A stretch of 64,000 nt of DNA from Candidatus Eiseniibacteriota bacterium (GTDB taxonomy: Bacteria; Eisenbacteria; RBG-16-71-46; CAIMUX01; VGJL01). The notes beneath the pieces were generated by a model. The model ran no database searches, had not been told where the DNA came from, and was given only the letters and a program-made list of their open reading frames with translations. Below, one piece after another: positions 10,089 through 19,334 of this stretch. The position numbers and the translations under genes are program-made. The stretch is from assembly GCA_963792585.1 (NCBI GenBank), contig CAWBWI010000001.1, positions 96,001-160,000 on the forward strand. Direction: 5' to 3'. How positions within the stretch are numbered: the first letter of the stretch is position 1; every line of letters begins with the position of its first letter.

Positions 10089-10883
10089 CTACCGGAATGT
10101 CATCTTGACCCGACCCCAGGTGGTGTTCTTTGTCGGCGTGGGCACATCGTGCTTCACGGACGGGACCGCGAGGTACTCGTCGGGAACCTGGAGGAAGCTC
10201 GAGGCCCAGTTGGTGAATTGGTCTTTCAGGAAGTAGGTCGGCGCCTGCCAGTTCGGGACCTCCAGCCGGTAGAGGACCAGGTGTGTGCTGTCCACCGGCG
10301 CATACTCCACCCCCTGATGGCGCTTCCAGCATGGATTGCAAAGGTACGTGGCGGACGAGACGAGCTGGCCCTGCTCGTGGAACTGATCCCGCAGCCGGAC
10401 GTCTACGCCAGGCGAGGGGCCGACGACCCTGTAACACAGAAAGTGATTAATGTCGGTCGGGGGAGGTGGAGATTCAGGGTTCTGCGTCTTGCGCGCGGGG
10501 AGCAGCAGGAAGTCGAGGTACTCGACCTCGAGGGGCTGGCCGCTCCCGAATTGATTGTCGACAAGCACGCTGCGCGTGAACGGTTCGTCGGGCAAGTCCC
10601 ACCAGGTCATGTGCGCGGTCGAATCGCGCGGCGGGAACTCCTGACCCATATGGTACTTCCAGGCCGGGTTAAGAAGGCGTTCGAGCCGCGTCGTTACGAG
10701 CGGCCTATACTCCGTGTAGAACTGGTCCCTTGCTTCGAACGTGATCGGTTGGTCGAGTGGACCCGTCAAGTGGTAAGTCCAGTAGTGCGTCGGATCGATC
10801 TGCGCAGGTGCCTGAGACGGCACCAGGAGTGAAACAAACAGTACCGCAGCCCACGCAAGCCACGGCGTAGCGTTCTGCTTCAT
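10089..10883 (-). CDS. Secreted four-repeat protein (H-x-x-x-Y/W...DQF...P-x-x-K) with C-terminal TWG tail
   Basis: ATG 10883 after GGAGGAA; signal peptide ending APA-Q; ends PTPTKNTTWGRVKMTFR. Confidence 0.8.
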   Translation of the reverse strand: MKQNATPWLAWAAVLFVSLLVPSQAPAQIDPTHYWTYHLTGPLDQPITFEARDQFYTEYRPLVTTRLERLLNPAWKYHMGQEFPPRDSTAHMTWWDLPDEPFTRSVLVDNQFGSGQPLEVEYLDFLLLPARKTQNPESPPPPTDINHFLCYRVVGPSPGVDVRLRDQFHEQGQLVSSATYLCNPCWKRHQGVEYAPVDSTHLVLYRLEVPNWQAPTYFLKDQFTNWASSFLQVPDEYLAVPSVKHDVPTPTKNTTWGRVKMTFR

Positions 10884-11373
10884 GGGTACTTTCCTCCAAT
10901 CGCGGACCTTCCTCACCATCTAAAATCCACCAGGATTCAGTTCGGCGGCGTGCGGTTTCCCGCCTCGATGTGGCCTCTCCGCGCGGGCACGATCATCTCG
11001 GCCGGCACGATCTGTCAGGGGAGCTGGTGGGACCTACGGACGGCCTCCCCCTTCCGTGATGGAAGATGATAGGACGCGGTCGAAGAGACGTCAAGGGAAT
11101 CGCGTTGATGAATCGCGTTGATGCGCAAGTTGCTCGGCTTCAGTGAGTCGAAAAGAGATGAACCGAGGCTGCCGATATGCGCGCATGCTGCTCGGTTTAA
11201 TCCGATGTTGAGGCTCAGTCCTCTTGACGTGTCGTGCACTAATCCGCGAATTATACGACGTGGTGGACTCGGCAACGGGACGTGAGCGGTGATCACCATC
11301 TACAGCCACCGCGCCAGTCCTCGACTCGGCAAGTCATGGTGAAGCGCCCGCCCTCGTCAACAGGATCCGCAAG

Positions 11374-11778
11374 GTGGGATCCGTCCCGGGTACGACGAGA
11401 ATGCGATTCAATGGCCGAGGCCGGATCTACACGGAGTGCCGGGGGCAGATTCTTCATACGTGGTTCTGCCCATGTGTCTTCGCCTTGGATCGGGATCATC
11501 GGCTCGAGCAACTGCGCCAATCTCTGTATCAAATGGGGACGCGATGCACCGTCAAGCGGGCGTTTCCCCTGGCCGTCTCGCAGACGGATTCCACGACGAT
11601 CACCGTGCTGCAGCCGGGCGATAGGGTCGTGATCCTCGCCACGGATGACGAGTCCTGGTGCCTCGTCGAGACCGAGGACGCCATCTGGGGTTGGTTCAAG
11701 ATCCTCGACTACGACTCGGTTCTTCCCCTACGCATCCGCGCAAGTGAGGTCTTTGAGGGTCTCTCGGGGGCCGACTAG
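11374..11778 (+). pseudogene. Probable 5'-truncated gene ending in an SH3-like domain
   Basis: VLQPGDRVVILATDDESWCLVETEDAIWGWF resembles bacterial SH3; no RBS or signal peptide; in-frame TGA at 11290. Confidence 0.4.
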
Positions 11779-11970
11779 ATGGCGTGGCTTCGCGCCGGTG
11801 GGTCCGTGGGTTTCGATAATTGCGGAACCGGCCGAGCATGGGCGATGTACATCTGGGCGCGGAAGTGCAGCAGCCATGACTTCCTGAGACTGTGTTGAAT
11901 GGTGGTACACTTGCCTCCGGGGTAACGACAGACCCACGCATACGATCGCAAGCCCCGGACGGGAGGCTCC

Positions 11971-14900
11971 ATGCCGCGGAGATTCCTGCTCGATCATTGT
12001 CGGCGAACGCCTCGCGCGGCCGGCGCTTCAGTCGCTCCCATCTCACTCGCCGCTTTTCTGATCCTCCTATCGCTCTGGGCGTACGCTTCCCCAGCCAGTC
12101 CAGCCCCCGGCTGGTCGCCCGACTTCGCGCCGCCGGGCCCCGGCGGCGCCGTCCAAACTAGCATCTCTTACCAGGGCGACCTGATTGTCGGGGGGAACTT
12201 CGCATCGATGGGCGCGCTGCCGGCCCGCAACATCGCCCGCTGGGACGGCTCGACATGGCACGCATTCGGAGCAGGCGCGAACAATCGCGTCACCGCCTCG
12301 ATCATCTACAACGGGGACCTAATCGTGGCCGGCAACTTCACGTCGATCGACGGGGTTGCGGCGAACCGGATCGCGCGGTGGGACGGGTCCACCTGGTCGC
12401 CGCTGGCGGGCGGAATCGAGGGCGGCGTCACCAGCCTCGCTGTCTACGAGGGCGAGTTGTATGCCGCCGGCGACTTCCGTCACGCGGACGGGATCCAGGT
12501 CGAGAGCATCGCCCGCTGGAACGGCACGGCGTGGGCTTCGACCGGCTTCGAGCACTCGCCGTACTACTGGCATGCCGCGTTCAGCCAGCTGATCGTCCAC
12601 GCCGGAGCGCTGTTGGGGGCCTGGAGCATCGTGCCGGGAGTGGGCGAAGTGATCGAATGGGCGAGCTATCTTGCCAGCTGGGACGGACAGACGTGGACCA
12701 ACGGGTGGCCCGGTATCCTTCCGAGACCTACCTCGCTCATGCCGACCTCACTGGTCGTCCACGGCGGAGACCTGTACGCATCGGGTCTGTGGTCCGACGG
12801 ACTCGACGAGGCCTTTCACGTCGCCCGCCTGGTGAACGGCGAGTGGGAGCGAATCGGCGCTGAGTTCCCTGATCAGGACATGCTGTTGACCAGCTACCAA
12901 GGTCGGTTGCTCGTGGCGCAGGGGTCCTCCGGCGGACGGGGCCGCTCGTTCGTCTCCGAGTGGACCGGATCGGAGTGGAGGCGGCTCGCCACGGGTCCGC
13001 TTGGTCCGGTCGGCACATTCGGTCAGCATGATGGCGAGCTGATCGCAGGCGGCACGTTCGGCTTTGCGGACGGTCCGCCTGTCCGCGGTCTCGCGGGATG
13101 GAACGCCGAGCGCTGGCGCTCCTTCGGCGAGTTCCCGGGAATGGGGTGCGACGGCAATGTTCAAGCGATCGGCGCTGCCCCGGATCCCGACCACGTGGTC
13201 ATCGCCGGAGCCTTCCAATTCGCCGGCCATGTGCCGGCGGAGCAGGGCGCGATTCTCGACGACGCCGGATGGCAGGCTCTGCCCGCCTCGCAGCCCTACA
13301 CCGGTCTCTCTCGCTCCACGACGCGGATCGCGTTTCTTGGTTCCGACATCTTCGCGAACGGCAGCACCGAGTGGTGCGGCAACCACACCTGCTACGACGT
13401 CGACCGATTCCGCGATGGCGATTGGGAGCATCTGGCGCAGTTCAATGACGTGACCTTCGCGCTTCACGCTGCGGGCGGTCGGCTGTATGTCGGCGGCTCG
13501 TACTACCGCGTCGGCAACATGCCGGCCTCCAAGATCGCGGCGTGGGACGGCCACACCTGGTCATCTCTTGCGACGAGCCTGCACGGCTCGGTCCTCGACA
13601 TCACCTCCTTCAACGGCCAGATCGTCGCGGGGGGCGCATTCGACGGCACGGAGGACGGATCGACGGCGGCGCCGCGCGTGGCGCTGTGGGACGGAGCGCG
13701 CTGGAGCGGCCTCGGCGATGGCCCGGGCTATGTCGTGAACGCGGTCGTGGAACATGCGGGCGGGTTGGTCGTTGCGGGCAGCACCTCGAGGGTGGGCGAG
13801 CCGACGGTCTACCACGTCTCCCGTTGGGATGGGCACGCCTGGTCTCCGTTGGGGGACGCGCCCGACAAGTCGATCGACCGATTGGCGGTCTACCGTGGCC
13901 GCCTCATCGCGAGCGGAAGGTTCACGCACTTTGGGGTCGCGGAGGCGTCCTACCTCGCGGAGTGGAACGGTCTGGTTTGGATTCCATTCGGTGGAGGGAT
14001 CTCCGGCCGTGTGAACGGTCTCGCCGCGCGCGGGGATGACTTCTACGTCGTTGGTCAGTTCGATATGGCGGGTCAAACGCCGTCGTGGCACATCGCGCGA
14101 TGGTCGGAGACGCTCGCCGCGCCAACGGAGTTCGTCGTGGCCCCCGCCGAGAGCACCGCGACCCTCACATGGACCCTGCCCGAGGACCCCGACGTCGTCG
14201 GCCTCGTCGTGCGTTACGCGGAGGGCGACTATCCGACCGGCATCACGGCCGGCGAGGCGCTCCCCGGCGGATCTGCCGACGGTTTCTTCCCGGGCGAGCC
14301 GGGCAGCCGGTTCCAGATCGTGCATCCACAGTCCGCCGACGGCGGGACGACCTGCTATGCCGCCTACGCGATCACGGCTGACGGCTACCTTTCGACGCCG
14401 CTCTATGCGAGCTTCCACCGTGCAGACCTGACTCCGCCGAGGTTGGACGTGATGACCACGCGGGCGCCGTCGATCGGCGATTCGATCGAGGTCGCGTTGA
14501 CCTCATCGGAGCGGCTCGACTCCTCGGGCACGGCGATTCGCATGGACGGGCGAAGCCTGCCCCTGCGAACCGACGACGCGTCGGGGATGCGCTGGCGCGT
14601 GCGCATGCCGGTTCCGGAGTCGGGTGCGTCGCTGCAGCTCGATGTCTGCGGCACCGATCCCGCGGGAAACGCAACGTGCCGGACGATTCACCTCTCCGGC
14701 AAGCGGATTTTCTTCCTGGAAGGGGGGAGCCTCGTCAGTCCCGATGGGAGGCTCACGCTGGATGTGCAACCGTCGGGAGGCGGCACCGATCGGGTGATCA
14801 GCATCGTCTGGGATCCGGCCGATCCGGCCGGTGAACATGTCTACCGCATCGGCCCGGACGGGGCATCGGTCTCACGGGCACTTCTGCAATATCGCTACAC

Positions 14901-15354
14901 CGATGAGGAACTCGACGGGGCGGATCCCCGTCAAATGGTGCTCAGGCTCTTCCCACCGGATGCAACTCCCTCGTACGTCGATCCGGATCAACGGGTGGTA
15001 CGCGCATGGATCAATCGGCTAGGCGTCTGCCGTGCCGGGTTGACCGCGCATCAAGCGAGTCAGTTCCTCGACCCGGAATTCCTGCGGCTCGAGCCGCCGC
15101 GCCCCAATCCGATGTTGATGGTGGGGCAGTTCGCGTTCGAGCTTCGGGATCGCGTCGATGCCGAGGTCGCGATCTTCGATGTGACGGGTCGGCGCGTTGC
15201 GCAGCCATTCCGCGGGGTGGCAGGTCCCGGGCGGCAGGTGGTCACGTGGAACGGAAGATCGGACGATGGCCCCGACGCGCCGAGCGGGATCTTCTTCGTT
15301 CGCGTCTCGACGCCGGGCGCGCAGGCGGTCGAGCGGATCATCCGGGTGCGGTGA
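11971..15354 (+). CDS. Secreted beta-propeller (IARWDG..W repeats) protein with FN3/Ig-like domains and FlgD-Ig/T9SS-type C-terminal domain
   Basis: GGAGG RBS; signal peptide; repeated LIVGGNF..NIARWDGSTW; C-terminus PRPNP..IFDVTGRRV..VTWNGRSDDG..PSGIFFVRV. Confidence 0.85.
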   Translation: MPRRFLLDHCRRTPRAAGASVAPISLAAFLILLSLWAYASPASPAPGWSPDFAPPGPGGAVQTSISYQGDLIVGGNFASMGALPARNIARWDGSTWHAFGAGANNRVTASIIYNGDLIVAGNFTSIDGVAANRIARWDGSTWSPLAGGIEGGVTSLAVYEGELYAAGDFRHADGIQVESIARWNGTAWASTGFEHSPYYWHAAFSQLIVHAGALLGAWSIVPGVGEVIEWASYLASWDGQTWTNGWPGILPRPTSLMPTSLVVHGGDLYASGLWSDGLDEAFHVARLVNGEWERIGAEFPDQDMLLTSYQGRLLVAQGSSGGRGRSFVSEWTGSEWRRLATGPLGPVGTFGQHDGELIAGGTFGFADGPPVRGLAGWNAERWRSFGEFPGMGCDGNVQAIGAAPDPDHVVIAGAFQFAGHVPAEQGAILDDAGWQALPASQPYTGLSRSTTRIAFLGSDIFANGSTEWCGNHTCYDVDRFRDGDWEHLAQFNDVTFALHAAGGRLYVGGSYYRVGNMPASKIAAWDGHTWSSLATSLHGSVLDITSFNGQIVAGGAFDGTEDGSTAAPRVALWDGARWSGLGDGPGYVVNAVVEHAGGLVVAGSTSRVGEPTVYHVSRWDGHAWSPLGDAPDKSIDRLAVYRGRLIASGRFTHFGVAEASYLAEWNGLVWIPFGGGISGRVNGLAARGDDFYVVGQFDMAGQTPSWHIARWSETLAAPTEFVVAPAESTATLTWTLPEDPDVVGLVVRYAEGDYPTGITAGEALPGGSADGFFPGEPGSRFQIVHPQSADGGTTCYAAYAITADGYLSTPLYASFHRADLTPPRLDVMTTRAPSIGDSIEVALTSSERLDSSGTAIRMDGRSLPLRTDDASGMRWRVRMPVPESGASLQLDVCGTDPAGNATCRTIHLSGKRIFFLEGGSLVSPDGRLTLDVQPSGGGTDRVISIVWDPADPAGEHVYRIGPDGASVSRALLQYRYTDEELDGADPRQMVLRLFPPDATPSYVDPDQRVVRAWINRLGVCRAGLTAHQASQFLDPEFLRLEPPRPNPMLMVGQFAFELRDRVDAEVAIFDVTGRRVAQPFRGVAGPGRQVVTWNGRSDDGPDAPSGIFFVRVSTPGAQAVERIIRVR

Positions 15355-15373
15355 GCGGGTAGGGGCGAGTCGG

Positions 15374-16984
15374 ATGTTCCCTCGCGGAGGGCGGGTCACC
15401 GGTCTTGCCGCTGCGGTCGCCTGTCTGGTCCTGCTGGGATCTTGTGGCGACGACAAGACCACGCATCCGGACGATGGCGACGGGACCCCCGCCGATACCA
15501 CCGGGCGCATCTTCGGTCACGTCACGGGTGGATTCGGTCCGCTCGCGGCCAGGGTCGAAGCATTGAATCCCAACACGTCTCAAAGATTCACCACGGAGAC
15601 CGATTCTTCAGGTTCCTACCAGCTCGATCTCCTGCGCGCGAACTACGAGCTCTTCGTCATCTTGCCGGACGGCCGGCGGACCCAGTGGATGCCGGACGGA
15701 CCCAACGACGCGGGCATCGGTGCACAGATCCGGATGACTTGGGAGTATCAGGACATCCAGGTGGATCCGATGTTCGGGGCCATCCACTTCCGGATTCCCA
15801 TGACGGAACAATGCGATGGATCGCCGTTCCGGATCGAGTATCGCCATCACTACGAATGGGGCTTCAACATGCCCCTTCGCCTGAACGCATACCCGCAGGG
15901 GGGATTCCTCGACGTGGTCGCGGACGGGCTCCTCCCCGGCAAGTACCAGATCGACGTCACGACTCACGGTCAGCGGTTCTTCATTCCCTACGAGCCGGCA
16001 GGGTACGGACGCTACATCCTCGTCGAACCGCAGAGCCTTGCAGGATGGGTCCATGAGGATCTTCCTCTGCCGGCGCGGATCGTCGGTCGGCTCACAGGGC
16101 CTTGGGCGGAGGTCCTTCAGGCGCTCGACATTGGGAGGCAACCCTATGTCAGCGCCCACCAGGGGCGGTGGCCGAGCTTCCGTCAGGCGGGCGTGGCCCG
16201 TGTCGGGACCGACGGACGATTCTGCCTCGATACGATGTTTCCCGACTCCATCATGCTGCGCGTGAGCGGCGAGCGGTCCGGAAGCCACTGGGTTGGTAGC
16301 TCTGAGTTGGAACGTGGAACGGTCTTCTTGCCCAGACCTGGCGAAATCCTGGATGTCGGCGACCTGCCGGGGGCGGCCCTTCTCGTCCACTTCGCGCGCG
16401 AGGACAGCCAAGCTCTCGGCAGCGTCTCTCTCGGACTTTACGGGGAGGGCGAGCGCCACGTCACCGGCGCGAGCAACGCCGACTCGATCGTGCACCCACC
16501 GGCGGGGCGGGTCGGCCTATGCCACATCCAGCCGGGGAGATATTTCCTGCGCGCGGACAGAGACTGGATCCCCGGCGACGATGCCCCCGATTGGCCGCAG
16601 CAGTGGTATCCGGGCGTCGCCGACTTCGCACACGCCGAGCCGATCGACATCACCTCCCTGGACCACATGACCGAAGTCCACTGGATTCTGAAAGTGGGGG
16701 GAACTATCCGCGGACGACTCGATCCGTCCCCGGGAAGCCCAGAGAAGAGCGCCAGGATCTACGTCGAATCGGTCGCCGAGCAGCGTTATGTTGACTCGCA
16801 GACGGTGACGACGGCGGATCCCGACTTCCTCCGCTCAGGACTGACGGACGGCTCCTATCGCGTGGTCGCAAAAGTGAGTGAGCGTCGCTACTGGTATCCC
16901 GGCACCTACAATCGTGACGAAGCGACGGTCCTCGTCATCGAGGGGCAGAACGTCATCGAGATCGGTCCTTGGCCCTGGCCGTGA
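15374..16984 (+). CDS. Lipoprotein with carboxypeptidase-regulatory-like domains
   Basis: Lipobox LLGS-C; TGRIFGHVTG..TETDSSGSYQL; repeated W(Y/M)P(G/D) motifs; GLTDGSYRV. The ORF-track start (15197) overlaps the previous gene. Confidence 0.7.
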   Translation: MFPRGGRVTGLAAAVACLVLLGSCGDDKTTHPDDGDGTPADTTGRIFGHVTGGFGPLAARVEALNPNTSQRFTTETDSSGSYQLDLLRANYELFVILPDGRRTQWMPDGPNDAGIGAQIRMTWEYQDIQVDPMFGAIHFRIPMTEQCDGSPFRIEYRHHYEWGFNMPLRLNAYPQGGFLDVVADGLLPGKYQIDVTTHGQRFFIPYEPAGYGRYILVEPQSLAGWVHEDLPLPARIVGRLTGPWAEVLQALDIGRQPYVSAHQGRWPSFRQAGVARVGTDGRFCLDTMFPDSIMLRVSGERSGSHWVGSSELERGTVFLPRPGEILDVGDLPGAALLVHFAREDSQALGSVSLGLYGEGERHVTGASNADSIVHPPAGRVGLCHIQPGRYFLRADRDWIPGDDAPDWPQQWYPGVADFAHAEPIDITSLDHMTEVHWILKVGGTIRGRLDPSPGSPEKSARIYVESVAEQRYVDSQTVTTADPDFLRSGLTDGSYRVVAKVSERRYWYPGTYNRDEATVLVIEGQNVIEIGPWPWP

Positions 16985-17101
16985 TCGTAGCCTTGATCGT
17001 GATCCCAGGCTGAGCGCAGGCATGCTGACGTTTCGCGTTCGTGCTGATTCACAGGTCACGATCTTGGAAGTAAGGGGCCGACGCCGGTCGCGTCCGTCGA
17101 A

Positions 17102-17131
17102 CAACCGGCGGCCGCACAAGCCCGCCGGTTG
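17102..17131. terminator. Hairpin between convergent genes
   Basis: CAACCGGCGG...CCGCCGGTTG perfect 10-bp stem between the stops at 16984 (+) and 17156 (-). Confidence 0.5.
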
Positions 17132-17155
17132 CCTCGACGTCAACCTATCCGCCGA

Positions 17156-17515
17156 TCATGCTGCTTCGGGATGGTACTGAGCGCTCCCGAATCCAAGGAT
17201 CGGCCAGAAGATGAAGGACAGCAGCAGGAGCCCGATCGCGAAGCCGATGTCGTATCCGAACTTCCTGGAGAGGCGCACGTAGATGATGACCGCGACGATC
17301 ACGTTGACCAGTGGGACGAACATCAGCAGCACCCACCAGAGCGGCTTGCCGACGATCTCGAGCAACACGATGACGTTGTAGATCGGGACGATGGCGGCCC
17401 ACCCCGGTTTGCCAGCCTTCACGTACACCTTCCAGCACGATGCGATCATTAGCACGAGGAATGCTAAGTAGAGGATAGACACGATCGGATTGGCGAACCA
17501 TCCCTTGTCGAACAC
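17156..17515 (-). CDS. DUF5684-like membrane protein
   Basis: WKVYVKAGKPGWAAIVPIYN..KFG..GFAIGL..ILGFGSAQY signature; GTG 17515 after a purine-rich RBS. Confidence 0.8.
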   Translation of the reverse strand: MFDKGWFANPIVSILYLAFLVLMIASCWKVYVKAGKPGWAAIVPIYNVIVLLEIVGKPLWWVLLMFVPLVNVIVAVIIYVRLSRKFGYDIGFAIGLLLLSFIFWPILGFGSAQYHPEAA

Positions 17516-18231
17516 ATCTCCCCCCTTGCCGGCGCGAGAGGCGTCATCGGCCCTCGCGACCCTGCTTGACGGGTCCAAACTCCCCATGACCGTGCGGAGA
17601 TCTTCTCCGCATCCCGACGGAGGCGCTTGAATTCACGCGCTCCATGAAGCCGAACTCGAACTCCACACCGAGGTTGAGGCGTGCGGACTCCGGTCTGGTG
17701 CGGGGCATGATGCTGCGGGCTGTACTCTCTTCCAGCGATGGAAGTCCGTGCCACGTCTGCGCGTAACTCAATCGCAGGCAAGGTACGAGCGCATTTGGGG
17801 GGTGTCAAGGAAGAAGCGGGGGGGCTGCCCCGGCCGGTCCGTCGAGGTCGGTGGCGGGGCGCCCAACCTGGTGCGGGCGGCAATCCGGCGCCGACCTTGC
17901 GCCAACCCCGTGCCGACGACGGCGACGACTTTGACGGTGATCTCGTGTCGGCGGTTGGGACGCTTTCGAGGGCGATCTCGTGCCAGCAATGGCGGCCATT
18001 CATATGTGGCCTCTTGTCGACGACGGGGGCGACTCGCTGGCGACCACGGTGGGGCGACGGTGGCGACCCCGCCGATCTCGACCTAGCATGCGAACCCGGC
18101 GAATCCCTATGGCGCCAGGTCGTCGTTGGTGCTAAAATCAGCCCGCGGTACGGAGAATCATAGTCTGCAATTCCAAGCCTGCTCACGCCGACTGCCTCCG
18201 TGCATGCCACTTTTGCCAAGGGGGTCCCTTG

Positions 18232-18924
18232 ATGAGACTTTTGCGATCGCTTGTCATCATCCTGGCGGTCGGTTTCGCAATGGCTCCGGCCGTCGCCCTC
18301 GCCGACTGGACCGACAACTTCGATTCGTACGTGACCGGCACTGGCCTTCATGGTCAGGGTGGTTGGCACGGATGGGACGGCAGTTCTGGTGCCGACGCCA
18401 TTGTGACCGATTTCGTGGCGTTGAGTTCACCCAACTCCGTCAACGTCTCTGGTCCGTCTGACATCGTGCACGAGTACGGCGAGACGGCCGGGCTGTGGGT
18501 CTTCACTGCGTGGCAGTACATCCCCTCCGACTTTTCGGGGCAGAGCTACTTACTGCTGCTGAACACCTACAACGACTTCGGTCCGTACAACTGGTCCTGC
18601 CAGGTCTCTTTCAACAGCGTCGGCAATGTTGTCACCTCCGATCCCGAAGGCGCGACGTTGCCGATGATCACCGGGCAGTGGGTGGAGATCCGCGTCGAGA
18701 TCGATCTCGATGTGAACATGCAGACCTTCTACTACGGTGGCCAGCTGCTCTATCAGAAGAGCTGGACCGAGGGCATGTCCGGTGGGGGAGCCGACTACTT
18801 CGGAGCGGTCGACCTGTTCGCGAATGCCGCAAGCGCGATCTACTACGATGACCTCTCTCTGATGCCGCCGGCCACGCCGACACGCACCACGACCTGGGGT
18901 CAGGTGAAGGGGTTGTTCCGGTAG
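18232..18924 (+). CDS. Secreted single-domain (ConA/LamG-like beta-sandwich) protein with C-terminal TWG tail
   Basis: Signal peptide ending ALA-D; DNFDSY..GQGGW; GQWVEIRVEIDLD; IYYDDLSL; ends ATPTRTTTWGQVKGLFR. Confidence 0.85.
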   Translation: MRLLRSLVIILAVGFAMAPAVALADWTDNFDSYVTGTGLHGQGGWHGWDGSSGADAIVTDFVALSSPNSVNVSGPSDIVHEYGETAGLWVFTAWQYIPSDFSGQSYLLLLNTYNDFGPYNWSCQVSFNSVGNVVTSDPEGATLPMITGQWVEIRVEIDLDVNMQTFYYGGQLLYQKSWTEGMSGGGADYFGAVDLFANAASAIYYDDLSLMPPATPTRTTTWGQVKGLFR

Positions 18925-18955
18925 GGAATCCTCCCATTAGCCAGGTCTAGACGAA

Positions 18956-18987
18956 GAAACGCCTCGGTCGAGCGACCGGGGCGTTTC
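18956..18987 (+). terminator. Intrinsic terminator-like hairpin
   Basis: GAAACGCCTCGGTCG-AG-CGACCGGGGCGTTTC (one G-U pair), 31 bp after the stop at 18924. Confidence 0.65.
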
Positions 18988-19295
18988 GACGTTCTTACGG
19001 AGTGGCCAGTACTCACGGCAGAGCGGGGATGCTCGAGTCGAGCTTCTCGATCGGTCCGCCTGCACACACCTCGATCCGGTGCCTGCTCGTGCTCGACTTG
19101 GCGGATGCTTTGGCGGGCCGTGGCGGTTTGGCGAGCGGGGGAGCTTCGGCTGGAGGGGAGCATGCGCTCGGCAGGTGGGACGCCGAGAGCAGGTGTGGTG
19201 CTCCATCATCGCAGTGACTCCGGTATTCGCCGGCACACGACTGCGCTTTCTTGATGCGCCCCGCGAATTTTCTGTCGGGTGATGGAACTTTTCCC

Positions 19296-19325
19296 TTGCG
19301 CGACCGTACATTTGTATGGTATTCA
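19296..19325 (+). promoter_or_regulatory. Putative sigma-70 promoter with an operator-like dyad in the spacer
   Basis: TTGCGC (19296), 18 bp, TATTCA (19320) with extended TG; dyad TACA-TT-TGTA at 19307-19316. Confidence 0.4.
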
Positions 19326-19334
19326 TCAGAACCC

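Noticed and set aside
17600..18220. Short ORFs between the DUF5684-like gene and the TWG gene
   Set aside because: No family features or RBS; treated as a divergent promoter region.
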